Below, in pieces: positions 17,671-28,306 of a stretch of 41,501 nucleotides of DNA. The DNA is from a virus (Duplodnaviria; Caudoviricetes): positions 1-41,501 of IMG/VR virus record IMGVR_UViG_3300016265_000843; one strand, written 5' to 3'. Within the stretch, counting starts at the first letter, position 1; every line of letters begins with the position of its first letter. The position numbers and the translations under genes are program-made. Under the pieces are notes generated by a model. That model did no database searches and was not told where the DNA came from. It saw only the letters and a program-made list of their open reading frames with translations.

Positions 17671-20600
17671 GTGCCACAAACCCACAAGATCGTGAACGGC
17701 AAGCTGGTGCTGGTCGGCGCCCAGCGCAGCAGTGATCTGGTGCCGCGTGCGCAACCGCCAGCGCAACGCCCCGCTCGTCCGCCGCAGCCGAAGCCGCAGC
17801 CGAAGCCGTGGTGGGCGCAGCTTGCCAACCATGTGATGTACGAACTGCGCGGGCGTCCCGCCACTGCGCCATTCCCGCAGCCACCCGTGACTGTCACGCC
17901 GCCAGCCAGGCCAGGTGCCCGCCCCCAGGTGCGCGTGAACCTGCCTGTGGCGGCAGCGCAAACCCTCATGGCTCCAGTGCTGTATGGGCCCCAGCGACAG
18001 CTTGCGATCGGTGCCGTTGGCGCTGCCGATAACGTCCTCAAGGCTGGCTATTCCTGGCTCCAGAGGGCACAAGGGAAGCCCAGCGCGGATCCATCCTCTG
18101 GATGGCTTGGATCGGCCCTTGATGGGTACGTCAACTTCGCCTATCAGGCCCTTGGCGCCACCCCGCCGTCGCGGATGACGCAGGCCGAAATCCAGGGCGA
18201 CCAGAACCTTCGCTCCGGCGTTCTGAACGCCGCGCTGATGGCCGTCCCCGGCATGGGCGGCCTTGGCGCTCTGACGGCGAAAACAGCTCTGGGCGGCGTG
18301 GTGCGAGCCGGCACGTCCTTTGCGCTGAACGAGGCGGCCAGCAACTTCCTCGACAACAAGACCAGCGGCAACATCGTCAACACGATCAACGACACCTTCA
18401 AGCTGAAGCTGCCCGGCGCAGTTCAGGTTGGCGTTGACGACATCCCGGACGCGGCGCTGAAGTCGTTTGGCCCGGACGCCGCCGCATCGGCCGCATTTGG
18501 TGCCGCGCTGGGCGTGGCAGTGCCGGTGATCGGCGCGGGCTACCGCAACTTCCAGAACATCCTCCGCAACACCAGGGCGCAGCGCGGCGTCGCCGCCGAG
18601 CAGGCCGAACGCGCCAAGCAGGAGGCAATGGGCCTGCTGCAGAAGGATGAAGACGGCGGCCTGGGCTTCACCGATCAGGCACGACAGCCCCCAGAACCGC
18701 CGGCGCCTGTTGCTCCACCCGCCCCGCCCCGCACACCGGCGGAGGAAGGGCTTGATGCCGTCCGCGCCATGGAGGAGCGACTGGGGGGCGGGCCGGCCGC
18801 TGACGCAGCACCGGCGACACCCGATACCGCGCCAACGCCCGAGCCAGCCCCGGCACGCCCCGCGCCAACCACTGAGTTCCAGGATCCGACCCAGCCAGGC
18901 GCCGACATGGGCGCCGTCTACGAAGCGGGGCAGGATCGCCCCTGGGACTACGACCCCTCCCTGCCCGAGAGCACGGCGCTGGGCAAGGCCGTCGGCGAAC
19001 TCAGCGACGCCGAGCTGCAGGCCGTCATCAGCAATCCAGGCATCCCGGTTGTCGATCGCGTCAACCAGACGATCGAGGCACGCGGCGCCGTTGATCCGGG
19101 CCCGGCGATTGATTCCCAGATGGTGATGGCCCCCGCCGGCCGCCTGGCGGAGGACTACATCGCGGGACTGATGCGGACGCTTGGCCGCATGGAGCCGCGC
19201 CAACTGCGCCAGCTGTTCGACTCCCCGGCCAATGCCGGTCTGTGGCGCCGCGCCCAGGCGCTCACCGGCGCGGAGGACATCACGCAGCTGAGCAAGGCGG
19301 ACATGCTCGACACCATCAAGGCGATGGCGGCCGAGGGCCAGGTGCCGATCACCAATCGACTGATGGGCGCCCAGATGATGCCAACCGGCGACATCACGCC
19401 AGCGCCCCAGGTGTTCCAGTACAAGGGCGGCGTCAACGAGGCCGGCGAACAGCTCGGCAACTCACTGGAGGGCCTGGAGCGTTGGGATCCAAAGGCTGAG
19501 GGCATCATCCAGGTCTGGCGCGATGTGAACGGCGAGATCGGCGAGCCGGGCAAGGTCTATGTCGTCAACGGCCACAACCGCCTGGCTGCCGCCAACCGGA
19601 TGGGCATTCCATCAATGCGGGTGGAGTTCCTGGATGCACCCACGGCGGCTGAGGCCAGGCTGCAAGGTGCCGTCGCCAACGTCAGCGATGGCAAGGGCAC
19701 GGTGTTCGATGCCGCCAAGGTGGCGCGTGAGATGGGCATCACCACGACTGCCGATCTGAAGAAACTTGGCAAGCCCCAGGCCAGCGGGTTCTGGCGTGAC
19801 GGCATCGCCTTGAGCCGGCTGCCTGAGGACGTGTTCCAGGGCGCGGTCAATGCCCCGGAGGCGCTGCGCCCGATGTATCGGCTGATCGGGGAATCAGGCG
19901 CCAGCCCCGAGATCATGCGCAGCGCCCACATCCATCTCACCAAGGATCCGAAGACGTCCGCCGCCGAGTTGGTCGAAATGATCGACTGGGCCAAGGCGCA
20001 GCGGAACACCGACGCGGCGAAGGCAAGCCAGGAGCAGGGCCGGCTTCCATTTGAGGACTGGGATGCGACCTTTGACGAGCGAATGCTGGCGATGCAGCGT
20101 CTCGCGTCAGAGGTTGACACCTTGCTCGGCAAGGAAAAGCGGTTGTTTCGCGGCGCCAGGAAGAACGCCGATGCGCTGAACACCGTTGGCACCCTTGACG
20201 CTCAAGCCGCAGGGGAAATCGGCGATGGCGCTGCCCGCGCACAGGTGATCTTCAAGGACACCAAGTACGTGACCGGCCCCGTCAACGATCTGCTGAAGGA
20301 AGGCGTTGAGCGGATCCTGGCCGGCGAAACCCCAGGGCAGGTGGCCCAGGGCATCAAGAACCGCCTGGCCGCTGCCATCCAGGAGGCGATGGGCAAGGAG
20401 GCGGCGCCAGCCGTCGACGTGGTTCAGGAGGACATGTTTGCCGCTGGCGGCCGGCAGGAGCCTGGCCCGGCCGCTGAACCCGCAGCGCCCCAACCGATCG
20501 AGCTCACCGATGAGCAACGCCTCGCCGCTGAAGCGCAGCTGCTGAACGAGGCGATTGCCGGCGGCGAGGTGCGTCCGCCGAATGCACCGATCCCCAAGCT

Positions 20601-23187
20601 GCCGGATCCGCCGCAGGTGCGGCTGGATGAACTGGACCTGAATGCCCCCGTCACACCCGGCAGCAAGACGGCGCAGGCGATGGCCGACGAGGCCCGCCTG
20701 GCAGTGGAACACGCCCGCATGGATGCCGCCATGGCGGAGATGCAGGAGAAGGCGGCCAAGGACGCCATGGACTACGAGCTGCTCACCTTCGAGGAGAAGA
20801 AAGAGCTGGGGATGACGGCAGCGCTGGATGAAGCCATCACCCCCGAGGTGCTGCCGCCGGGTGGGATGCCGGGCGAGAGCCGGACGCCAATAGCCGACGC
20901 GCTTGGTGAAAGCCTGCGGGCGCTGGCCGAATCCGATGCCCGCATGTTCCGAGAGATCGGCGGACTTCTGGGCGACATGAGACGGGTCGCTGACGAGATG
21001 GCCGGCGGGGGCGGCGGGGGACCGGCCAGCCCCGCCGGCAGGCAAGCCCTGCCCGAAGCTCCGGCAGCAACGCCACCCATCGAGATCCCCGCCGCCGCCG
21101 GCCGCAAGATCACAGCCAGGACCAGCGAGGGTCGCATCAGGGGAGCAGCTGATGCCCTTGCCAGCTGGACAAAGGTTCCAGGCAAGGACGCGATGCCGAT
21201 TGAGAAGGCGCTGGACCTGGTGCGAGCCAAGGGGGCAATCCTTGACCCTGATGCCATCCCTGGCCTGAACGTTGATGCCGCCAGGAACGAGCGGGGGATG
21301 GGCATGAGCACTCCCACCACAGAGGCCGTCGCCGCCGCCTACCGGCAGTTCTACGGGATGCCCGAGCCGGCACCCAAGGCCGCAGCGCCCACCCTGGCGG
21401 GCGGCCCCGGCGCCGCGGTGAGCGGCATTGCGCGGGGCATCACTGAAGGGCCTCGCCGCCAGATGTGGGAGGCGTACCGGCAGGGCGAAACCCGGCTTGC
21501 CGGGGTCGACGACCCATACCTAGATGCCATGCAACAACTCAAAATCAGGCAAGGAGTCGTGGCGGCAACACGAGACGAGTTCGATCGACTGCTGGATCGT
21601 GTGATTGCCGAGGCAGACAGAAGAAAGGCCGCAGCGCCCACCCTGGCGCCAGCGCCGGTGATGCCAAGGCCGTTGCGGGTGGTACAGCCGGCAGCGCAGC
21701 CCGAACTGCTGCTGCCGCAGGATCTGCAGAGATCAACGCCCCGCTACGGGCGCAGCACGATCGCATTCCAGTCCGATCTGGATCGTGCCGCCTATGTGCT
21801 CGCCAACGATGCGGTGAAGCCGAGCAAGGCGGCCGACAAGTTCCGTCAGGTGGTCAAGGAAGCCGGCCTCGACATCGCCGAGGTGGTGGCGCACGGCAAG
21901 CGGGTGAAGGCGGCACTCAAGGCCGCTGGCGCCGGCAGCCAGGGCGAGATCCAGCTGCCGCCGCAGCCGTGGCGCGGGGGAAGATCGTCGCAATCAATCC
22001 AGCCAGGCACCAGCAAGGCCAAGCCTCAAAAAGGCCTGTCTCTTGACGAGCTCAGGCGCCTCAGCGACAAGCTGGCTGACGGTACGGCGACGCCAGAAGA
22101 CCGGGAAGCCGTGCGCAAGGAGTTTGACCGGATCGCGGCCATAATCAAGGCGAATGAAGATGCCACGAGGGCGAAAGAGAAAGCTGCTGATCTCAAGACA
22201 CAAGCAGATGTAGATGCGCGGCTACCAGAAATGCTTGCGGCATGGCGCAAGGTTGCAGGCGACGACATTCACTATCGCATTCTTGACACAAATAAGGTGA
22301 TGATTGACAGCGCCGCGTGGGGAGGCGATGGCGTCACGATGAGCGAAGTCCTTGGCATGTACGAAACATGGAAAGACACCGCCCACATCTACAGACAGGC
22401 CAGGATTCTTGGCATGGGGCGGCCTCGCCAGAGGGATTATGACTCGCTTCTGCAAACCGGAATGCACGAGAGCGTCCACAGGATTGTTCGCCTTTCGCTT
22501 GGGGACGAGCAAATGGCCATCCTGAACACAAGGTTTGCGCGGTTCAAGGCTTATCTCGCCAAAGACGAGTGGGGCGCCGCCCGCGGCGACGTCGCGTATG
22601 ATGAGCTTCTGACGGATGCCGCCGCCGATTACATTGTCGCCACAATAAAAAAACCGCAGAACCCCACGTCCTACGTTCTTGAAACAGTCATCAGGAGAAA
22701 CCTCAGTGAAACCGAACAAGACCTACCGGACTGGGTGGTTAAGCTCGCTGCTGATCTCGGTAGCGCTCTTAGTAAAGTCTATGACTTCGTGGAGAGGTCA
22801 TACAACTTCTTCCAAGGGCGAGGGTTCCGATCGATCTCAAGCGTCTTCAAGGAAATAGAAAGCGGCGCTGCAGCGGGCACGCATCCTGAGCTCAGGCATT
22901 CAAGGCAGACCGCCTACCCCGAGACCATGGAGGCGATGATTCGTGATGTCAAGGTTCGCAAGTGGCAGGAGTACACATGGAACGGGCGGCCGATCCCGGA
23001 GCTGAGGGATACCGAGGCCCCGCTGAGCTGGAGAGATGGACAAGAACTCTTTGACGATGTGCATGACTTCCCCTCCAACGCCCCGCCACCCACCAAGGCT
23101 GACATCACCCGCACGCAACAGCAGATTGATGCCATCGACCAACAGATGGCCGAGATCCGCGCCAAAGCCGCACAGGAGGGCTGCTGA
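17671..23187 (+). CDS. Large polyvalent internal-virion-region protein with ParB-like domain and C-terminal HExxH zincin-like domain
   Basis: GTG start at 17671 after GAGGAGG; QVFQYK...WDP...GIIQVWRD...YVVNGHNRLAAA (ParB-like); MHESVH at 22462-22479 followed by DELLTD; Pro/Ala linkers. Confidence 0.75.
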   Translation: MPQTHKIVNGKLVLVGAQRSSDLVPRAQPPAQRPARPPQPKPQPKPWWAQLANHVMYELRGRPATAPFPQPPVTVTPPARPGARPQVRVNLPVAAAQTLMAPVLYGPQRQLAIGAVGAADNVLKAGYSWLQRAQGKPSADPSSGWLGSALDGYVNFAYQALGATPPSRMTQAEIQGDQNLRSGVLNAALMAVPGMGGLGALTAKTALGGVVRAGTSFALNEAASNFLDNKTSGNIVNTINDTFKLKLPGAVQVGVDDIPDAALKSFGPDAAASAAFGAALGVAVPVIGAGYRNFQNILRNTRAQRGVAAEQAERAKQEAMGLLQKDEDGGLGFTDQARQPPEPPAPVAPPAPPRTPAEEGLDAVRAMEERLGGGPAADAAPATPDTAPTPEPAPARPAPTTEFQDPTQPGADMGAVYEAGQDRPWDYDPSLPESTALGKAVGELSDAELQAVISNPGIPVVDRVNQTIEARGAVDPGPAIDSQMVMAPAGRLAEDYIAGLMRTLGRMEPRQLRQLFDSPANAGLWRRAQALTGAEDITQLSKADMLDTIKAMAAEGQVPITNRLMGAQMMPTGDITPAPQVFQYKGGVNEAGEQLGNSLEGLERWDPKAEGIIQVWRDVNGEIGEPGKVYVVNGHNRLAAANRMGIPSMRVEFLDAPTAAEARLQGAVANVSDGKGTVFDAAKVAREMGITTTADLKKLGKPQASGFWRDGIALSRLPEDVFQGAVNAPEALRPMYRLIGESGASPEIMRSAHIHLTKDPKTSAAELVEMIDWAKAQRNTDAAKASQEQGRLPFEDWDATFDERMLAMQRLASEVDTLLGKEKRLFRGARKNADALNTVGTLDAQAAGEIGDGAARAQVIFKDTKYVTGPVNDLLKEGVERILAGETPGQVAQGIKNRLAAAIQEAMGKEAAPAVDVVQEDMFAAGGRQEPGPAAEPAAPQPIELTDEQRLAAEAQLLNEAIAGGEVRPPNAPIPKLPDPPQVRLDELDLNAPVTPGSKTAQAMADEARLAVEHARMDAAMAEMQEKAAKDAMDYELLTFEEKKELGMTAALDEAITPEVLPPGGMPGESRTPIADALGESLRALAESDARMFREIGGLLGDMRRVADEMAGGGGGGPASPAGRQALPEAPAATPPIEIPAAAGRKITARTSEGRIRGAADALASWTKVPGKDAMPIEKALDLVRAKGAILDPDAIPGLNVDAARNERGMGMSTPTTEAVAAAYRQFYGMPEPAPKAAAPTLAGGPGAAVSGIARGITEGPRRQMWEAYRQGETRLAGVDDPYLDAMQQLKIRQGVVAATRDEFDRLLDRVIAEADRRKAAAPTLAPAPVMPRPLRVVQPAAQPELLLPQDLQRSTPRYGRSTIAFQSDLDRAAYVLANDAVKPSKAADKFRQVVKEAGLDIAEVVAHGKRVKAALKAAGAGSQGEIQLPPQPWRGGRSSQSIQPGTSKAKPQKGLSLDELRRLSDKLADGTATPEDREAVRKEFDRIAAIIKANEDATRAKEKAADLKTQADVDARLPEMLAAWRKVAGDDIHYRILDTNKVMIDSAAWGGDGVTMSEVLGMYETWKDTAHIYRQARILGMGRPRQRDYDSLLQTGMHESVHRIVRLSLGDEQMAILNTRFARFKAYLAKDEWGAARGDVAYDELLTDAAADYIVATIKKPQNPTSYVLETVIRRNLSETEQDLPDWVVKLAADLGSALSKVYDFVERSYNFFQGRGFRSISSVFKEIESGAAAGTHPELRHSRQTAYPETMEAMIRDVKVRKWQEYTWNGRPIPELRDTEAPLSWRDGQELFDDVHDFPSNAPPPTKADITRTQQQIDAIDQQMAEIRAKAAQEGC

Positions 23188-23189
23188 CC

Positions 23190-26100
23190 ATGACCGCCAA
23201 CAACTGCGACGACACCTTCCAGCAGCTCCAGCGCCTTCAGGAGCAGAAGCAGGCCCTGCAGCAGGAACTGGAGCACAAGGACCGGATGCTCAAGGCGGCC
23301 GGCGTCTACCAGCCATCGGCCGCCGGCAACGGCATCATCCTGCGCGACCTCAGTGGCGCACCGGTTGAACTTGATCCCGCCGAGATCCAGCGCGGCTATA
23401 CCCAGCTGGTGGGCACCATGAACTCGCGGGAGGTGGATGAGCTCGTCTCCCGCGGCCTGGAACAGCTCGCCAGGCCTGTTGGCAGCGAAGGCCGCTTCCA
23501 GAACTACGACCGGCTGATCAAAGAGGTCGACGTCAGCACCCGCGAGGATTACGTCCGCTTCGCGGAAGCGTTGGGGCTCATCCATCGGCGCATGGCGCCC
23601 GAGGACTACGCCTTCATCACCCGCACCTACGGCAAGGACAAGCTGATCGAACTGGTGAGCGGCTACTACCGCAACCTCGGCGCCAGCGATCCCGAGATCC
23701 TGGCCCAGGCCGCGGCTAAGTCGGCGCCGATGATGAATGCGGTCGAGAACAAGATGTGGCTGCGGTTCTGGGCAGATCGCAGCAAGCGCCTCTACCTCGA
23801 TTCGGTGGAGGAGATGCAGGCCGCCATGCGCGAGATCCCCGGCTCCAAGCCGCCGCCGGAAATGCAACAGGAAGCGTTCAGGCGTTTCCGCCTGGCGCTG
23901 CTGTTGGAGCGGCACAACAACCTGGTGACGCGCCGCCATGCGCAGGCGCTGCGCAGTCAGCAGGAGAACATCCTGGACCTGCAACAGTTCCGCCTTGATC
24001 TTGGCGACGAGAGCTACTACTTCGAGCCCGGCAAGGGCATCGACGACGCCATTGGCATGACCGGCAAGGATGTCGCGCCCGACGAGCACTTCGGCCGTGT
24101 TGTTGAAGCCATCGACAACGGCGATGCCAATCAGCTGAGCCTGTTGGTCGACACCGCCAAGATCGATGGCCTGGATCCCAAGTCCCGTCTCGATAAGGAC
24201 TGGTTCAACACGCACATGCGAATGGCCACGGCGCTGGTCAAGGATTCACAGCTGAGCAATCTCAACTCCAACTACCTCAACGTTGGCAGCAATGGCGTCA
24301 TGATGCTCTATGGGCCGCTGCAGCAGACCTTCTACAACGGGTCCATGCTCACGCCCCTGGGCACAAGGACGCTGCGCAATCGCCTGATTGATGGCAGCAT
24401 GTCGCTGCTGGAGGCGATGCGGATCAGTGGCGAGGCGCATAACTTCGCCATGACGGCCCTGAAGGCCACGTGGAAATCTGATCTGCAGCGGGTCTTCCAG
24501 ACTGGCGTCAGTCACTACAGCGGCAACCTCGACACCTACGGCAAGCGCCTGCTCACCAATCAGCAGGAGCTGCAGGACATGCAGGCGATCCTGGACATGC
24601 CGTACCGGCCTGGCGCCAACTGGTTCACCCAGCTGGGCAACCCGCATAACGTCGGCATCTTCACCAACAAGCTGCAGGCCGCGGCCCGCATCCTGGTGCT
24701 CACCAAGCCGAATGGCGCCGTTCACACCGGCATGAATCGCGGCCAGGCGGCCATCGCCGCGCTGGGCTTCGGCAAGAACGGCGGTGTGCAACGGATCAGC
24801 GCCCGCGACATCGACATGTACCTGCCCTGGAAGCCGGCGCTGCGGGCCATGGCGGGCGTCGACGAGGTGGCCGGCCGCTATCACTACCTGTTCAAGCTGA
24901 AGGCTGATCTGGAGGTCAAGGCGCGGATGGAAGGCGCCCAGCTGGGCCTGCTGGATGACCGCAGCCGTGCGGAATGGGTGCAACGCCAGATCGATGAAGC
25001 GGTCTATCAGGCCACGCCCAGCGAGAACGACATCAAGGCATTCCGCAAGCAGCACGGCCTGAAGGGCAGCGACTTCACCGATGACGAGATCGGTGCGCTG
25101 ATCAGCGAGAGCAACCTGGCCGGGGCGCCCACGCTGTCATCACCGGAGTCGATCGAGGCCTTGCGCCACTCGGCCGAGATGCGCTTCCAGGACCCGCCAA
25201 CCGGCAACCCGGGCGAGGTGGTCGACACCGCAATGATGGGCCTCCGCCGCAACTGGATGGTCGATCGCTACGTCATGCCCTACTGGCGCTCCCTGTTCGC
25301 CGGGACGCTGCTGGACTGGCGCCTATCGACGTTCGGCATCGTCGACACCGTGAAGATGCTGAATGCCGGTGGCTTCGACAAGGCGCCACCGGAACTGGTC
25401 GCCAGGGTCAAGGCCAGCTGGACCATGAGCGGCGCCCTGCTGGCGGCCTTCGGTGCGCTCGATGCCGCCGGCCAGGTTGGCGGTGGCGCCGACCCAGACC
25501 CAGATCGCCGCAACACCATCTTCGGCATGAAGCTGGGTGGCTTCCCGGTGGTGAACACGCTGCTGCTGTGGAAGGACATCAAGGACACGGCTGCAGCGGC
25601 CAACACCAACGACTACGACGGCACCGAGCTGCTGTCGTCGATCATGAAACTGCTGACGGCGCAGATCACGCGAACGGCTGGCGTGCAGCAAATCCAGCTG
25701 CTGCTGGAGGCATTGATGGACGGCAACCGCAGCAGCATGGAGCGCCTGCAGACCATGGCCGGCTTCATCGGCTCCGGCCAGATCCCATTCATCGGCACGA
25801 TCCGCAATGTCGAACGTGCAATCGGCAGAGACCGCAACAGCTACTACCGCGACGAACCCAGCACCGCAGCGCAGCGGTACGAGCTGGGCCAGGACCACCC
25901 GCTGAAACTACTGGAGCAGTCTCTGCGCAGCTGGTTGATCGACACCATGCCGATTGCTGCGGGGCTTGCCGGCGCACGCCGCAAGGAGACCGATCACCTC
26001 GGCACGCCGCGGGGGCACATTTTCGGCGTCAACCTGTCCAAGGCGTTCCCGATGTTCTTCCCGTCCGTCTGGCCCAAGGGCAAGACGAATCAGGTGGTCT

Positions 26101-26732
26101 ACGCCGAGCTCGATGCGCAGAACATGCTCGATCCACCGCGAGCACTGTTGAGCCGTGTCCTGGAAGGCGTGTCGATGTCGGACGATCTGCAGTTCGAGTA
26201 CAACGACATCCACGGCACGATCGAGGCCGACCCGCGTTATCCGCTGATGGTCAGGCTCGGGCTGTCCGACAAGGCCACGGTCACGACCAGGCCGCAGACC
26301 TTTGAGGCGGTGCCTCCAACGGGCCAGCGCACCAAAGAAACGGATTCCAGCGGCAAGATCGAATACGGGCCCCTCCTGAATCGCGTCACCCGTGGCCGCA
26401 CCAAGAAGGACGCGCTCTATGCCCTGTTCACCAGCCCCGAATACCAACAGCTGGAGGACGACCCGGTGACATCCGCGCACCCGCCCGGCGGCCTGCCACG
26501 GGCTCAGCAGCGCACCAGGGCGGCGCAGGTGCTGATCCAGCGCATCACCGACTACTACGACCTGCTCACCCAGGACGAGCTGGAGCGTCGCGCTGCCGCC
26601 GGCACCAGCGCCGCCGCCAAGGAGTGGAGCGACACCAAGACGGCGCTGACGGCAGCTCGGAACCGAAGCAACCTCACCGAGCTGCAACGCGCCAACCAAA
26701 TCTTGAGCGGCTCGCCAGCTCCGGCACAATGA
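23190..26732 (+). CDS. Large internal virion protein (T7 gp16 position)
   Basis: 1180 aa helical protein immediately before the tail fibre; P.LRAMAGVDE motif; AGGAGG RBS. Confidence 0.7.
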   Translation: MTANNCDDTFQQLQRLQEQKQALQQELEHKDRMLKAAGVYQPSAAGNGIILRDLSGAPVELDPAEIQRGYTQLVGTMNSREVDELVSRGLEQLARPVGSEGRFQNYDRLIKEVDVSTREDYVRFAEALGLIHRRMAPEDYAFITRTYGKDKLIELVSGYYRNLGASDPEILAQAAAKSAPMMNAVENKMWLRFWADRSKRLYLDSVEEMQAAMREIPGSKPPPEMQQEAFRRFRLALLLERHNNLVTRRHAQALRSQQENILDLQQFRLDLGDESYYFEPGKGIDDAIGMTGKDVAPDEHFGRVVEAIDNGDANQLSLLVDTAKIDGLDPKSRLDKDWFNTHMRMATALVKDSQLSNLNSNYLNVGSNGVMMLYGPLQQTFYNGSMLTPLGTRTLRNRLIDGSMSLLEAMRISGEAHNFAMTALKATWKSDLQRVFQTGVSHYSGNLDTYGKRLLTNQQELQDMQAILDMPYRPGANWFTQLGNPHNVGIFTNKLQAAARILVLTKPNGAVHTGMNRGQAAIAALGFGKNGGVQRISARDIDMYLPWKPALRAMAGVDEVAGRYHYLFKLKADLEVKARMEGAQLGLLDDRSRAEWVQRQIDEAVYQATPSENDIKAFRKQHGLKGSDFTDDEIGALISESNLAGAPTLSSPESIEALRHSAEMRFQDPPTGNPGEVVDTAMMGLRRNWMVDRYVMPYWRSLFAGTLLDWRLSTFGIVDTVKMLNAGGFDKAPPELVARVKASWTMSGALLAAFGALDAAGQVGGGADPDPDRRNTIFGMKLGGFPVVNTLLLWKDIKDTAAAANTNDYDGTELLSSIMKLLTAQITRTAGVQQIQLLLEALMDGNRSSMERLQTMAGFIGSGQIPFIGTIRNVERAIGRDRNSYYRDEPSTAAQRYELGQDHPLKLLEQSLRSWLIDTMPIAAGLAGARRKETDHLGTPRGHIFGVNLSKAFPMFFPSVWPKGKTNQVVYAELDAQNMLDPPRALLSRVLEGVSMSDDLQFEYNDIHGTIEADPRYPLMVRLGLSDKATVTTRPQTFEAVPPTGQRTKETDSSGKIEYGPLLNRVTRGRTKKDALYALFTSPEYQQLEDDPVTSAHPPGGLPRAQQRTRAAQVLIQRITDYYDLLTQDELERRAAAGTSAAAKEWSDTKTALTAARNRSNLTELQRANQILSGSPAPAQ

Positions 26733-26735
26733 AGC

Positions 26736-26749
26736 CTGCACCCGTGCAG
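26736..26749. promoter_or_regulatory. Perfect-arm CTGCAC-CC-GTGCAG palindrome before the tail fibre gene
   Basis: In the 24 bp intergenic gap; CACAAT at 26725. Confidence 0.65.
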
Positions 26750-26756
26750 AGCGCCT

Positions 26757-28304
26757 GTGCCCTACTCCTATGTCCAGTACACCGGCACCGGGACCGCGCC
26801 ACTGCTGTCGGTTCCGTTTCCCTACCTACTGAAAAGCCACGTCCACATCTACATCGGCTACAACCTGCTCACGGACACCTTTCAGTCTGAGCTGATTGAT
26901 GGCGCTGCCTTCACGTGGGTCAGCGCCACGCAGGTGCAGCTGAGCACCATTGCCGCCGGCACGCTGCTGACGATCATCCGCAAGACGCCAACCAGCACCC
27001 GGCTGGTGGATTGGAATGATGCCAGCAACCTGCTGGCCGGCGACATGGACACCGCCGACCTGCAGAACCTGTATGCGGTGCAGGAGCAGCAGGACCGTGT
27101 GGTTCAAGCAGCTGCCGTGGCCGATGCAGCCAATGAAGCGATCAGCGACGTGCTGCTTTATACGCCGATCGCCAATGTCGCGTCCATCCCCGGCAGCCCG
27201 ACCAACGGCGACCGGATCGAGCTGACCGACTCCACCGGCATCGAGAGCTTCTCGCCGCTCTCTGGCCGCCCCGCTGGCTTCGTCGGCAGCAACCAGCTGC
27301 GGGTGCGGATGTACTGGAACAGCGCCAGCAATACCTGGATCTGGGAGTCGTACTGGACGACCGATTCAGATGGCCGCTATGTGCGGCAGAGCTCGATCAG
27401 CAACAGCGTCAACAGCGCATCGCAGGCGACGGTTGCAAGCTCCCTGGCCGTGAAAACCGCCAAAGACGCAGCTGATGCGGCAGCGGTTGCAGCAACGGCG
27501 GCGTCAGCGGCAGCAGCAGCAGCACAGGCCACAGCCGACGCACCTGTCACCACCGCCAAGCTGGCAGATGGCGCCCTGGCCGCGTCTGCAGCGGGCCTGC
27601 TGAAGATGGCCGACGGCTTCTTCACCGCTGGCGCCCTGGCGAAGTTTGCCGATGGCTTCCTGGAGGCGTCAGCTGCAGGCCGGGCGAAGATGGCCGATGG
27701 CTTTGTCAACACCGCCAAGCTGGAAGATGGCGCAGTAACCACAGCCAAGCTGGCGGGAACGGTGCAAAACTTGCTGTCACCCACCGGCGCGGTTCAGTTT
27801 TTCCCCGCCACCGCTGCCCCGGCCGGCTGGCTAAAGGCAAACGGGGCCTCGCTTAGTCGCACCGCCTACGCCGGATTGTGGGCTTACGCTCAGGCATCCG
27901 GCAACCTTGCCGCCAGTCAAGGCGCTAAGCAGGCTGGTCAATTTGGACCTGGCGATGGCAGCACAACATTTACGTTGCCTGATCTACGCGGCGAGTTCGT
28001 GCGCGGCTGGGATGACAGCCGCGGTGTTGATTCTGGGCGAGGGATTGGTAGTGCGCAGGCGCAGGACTACCAGAGCCACGGGCACGGCGTCACAGATCCT
28101 GGGCACGGACATAGCCTTTCCCCATACAACGCTGTTGCAGCGACAGCTAGTCTGCTTGGTAATCAAGGCCCAACCCCGGTGCTTGGAAGTGGATCGGCAT
28201 CAACAGGAACCACTGCCAACGGTACTGGCATCAGCATTCAAAACAGCGGCGGCACCGAAACCCGCCCCCGCAACGTCGCACTCCTGGCCTGTATCAAGTT
28301 CTGA
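26757..28304 (+). CDS. Tail fibre: T7 gp17-like N-terminal anchor, VTTAKLADG repeats, C-terminal phage tail collar domain
   Basis: PFPYL..SHVHIY, IIRKTP, LVDW, DLQNLYAVQE; PTGAVQFF...PAGWLKANG..SRTAYA.L, FTLPDLRGEFVRGWD, ETRPRNVALLACIKF. Confidence 0.92.
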   Translation: MPYSYVQYTGTGTAPLLSVPFPYLLKSHVHIYIGYNLLTDTFQSELIDGAAFTWVSATQVQLSTIAAGTLLTIIRKTPTSTRLVDWNDASNLLAGDMDTADLQNLYAVQEQQDRVVQAAAVADAANEAISDVLLYTPIANVASIPGSPTNGDRIELTDSTGIESFSPLSGRPAGFVGSNQLRVRMYWNSASNTWIWESYWTTDSDGRYVRQSSISNSVNSASQATVASSLAVKTAKDAADAAAVAATAASAAAAAAQATADAPVTTAKLADGALAASAAGLLKMADGFFTAGALAKFADGFLEASAAGRAKMADGFVNTAKLEDGAVTTAKLAGTVQNLLSPTGAVQFFPATAAPAGWLKANGASLSRTAYAGLWAYAQASGNLAASQGAKQAGQFGPGDGSTTFTLPDLRGEFVRGWDDSRGVDSGRGIGSAQAQDYQSHGHGVTDPGHGHSLSPYNAVAATASLLGNQGPTPVLGSGSASTGTTANGTGISIQNSGGTETRPRNVALLACIKF

Positions 28305-28306
28305 TC

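Noticed and set aside
10710-26741. Long minus-strand ORFs (e.g. 10710..12482, 17641..19203, 22914..24215)
   Set aside because: Antisense shadows of GC-rich genes with strong codon bias; no recognisable motifs or RBS
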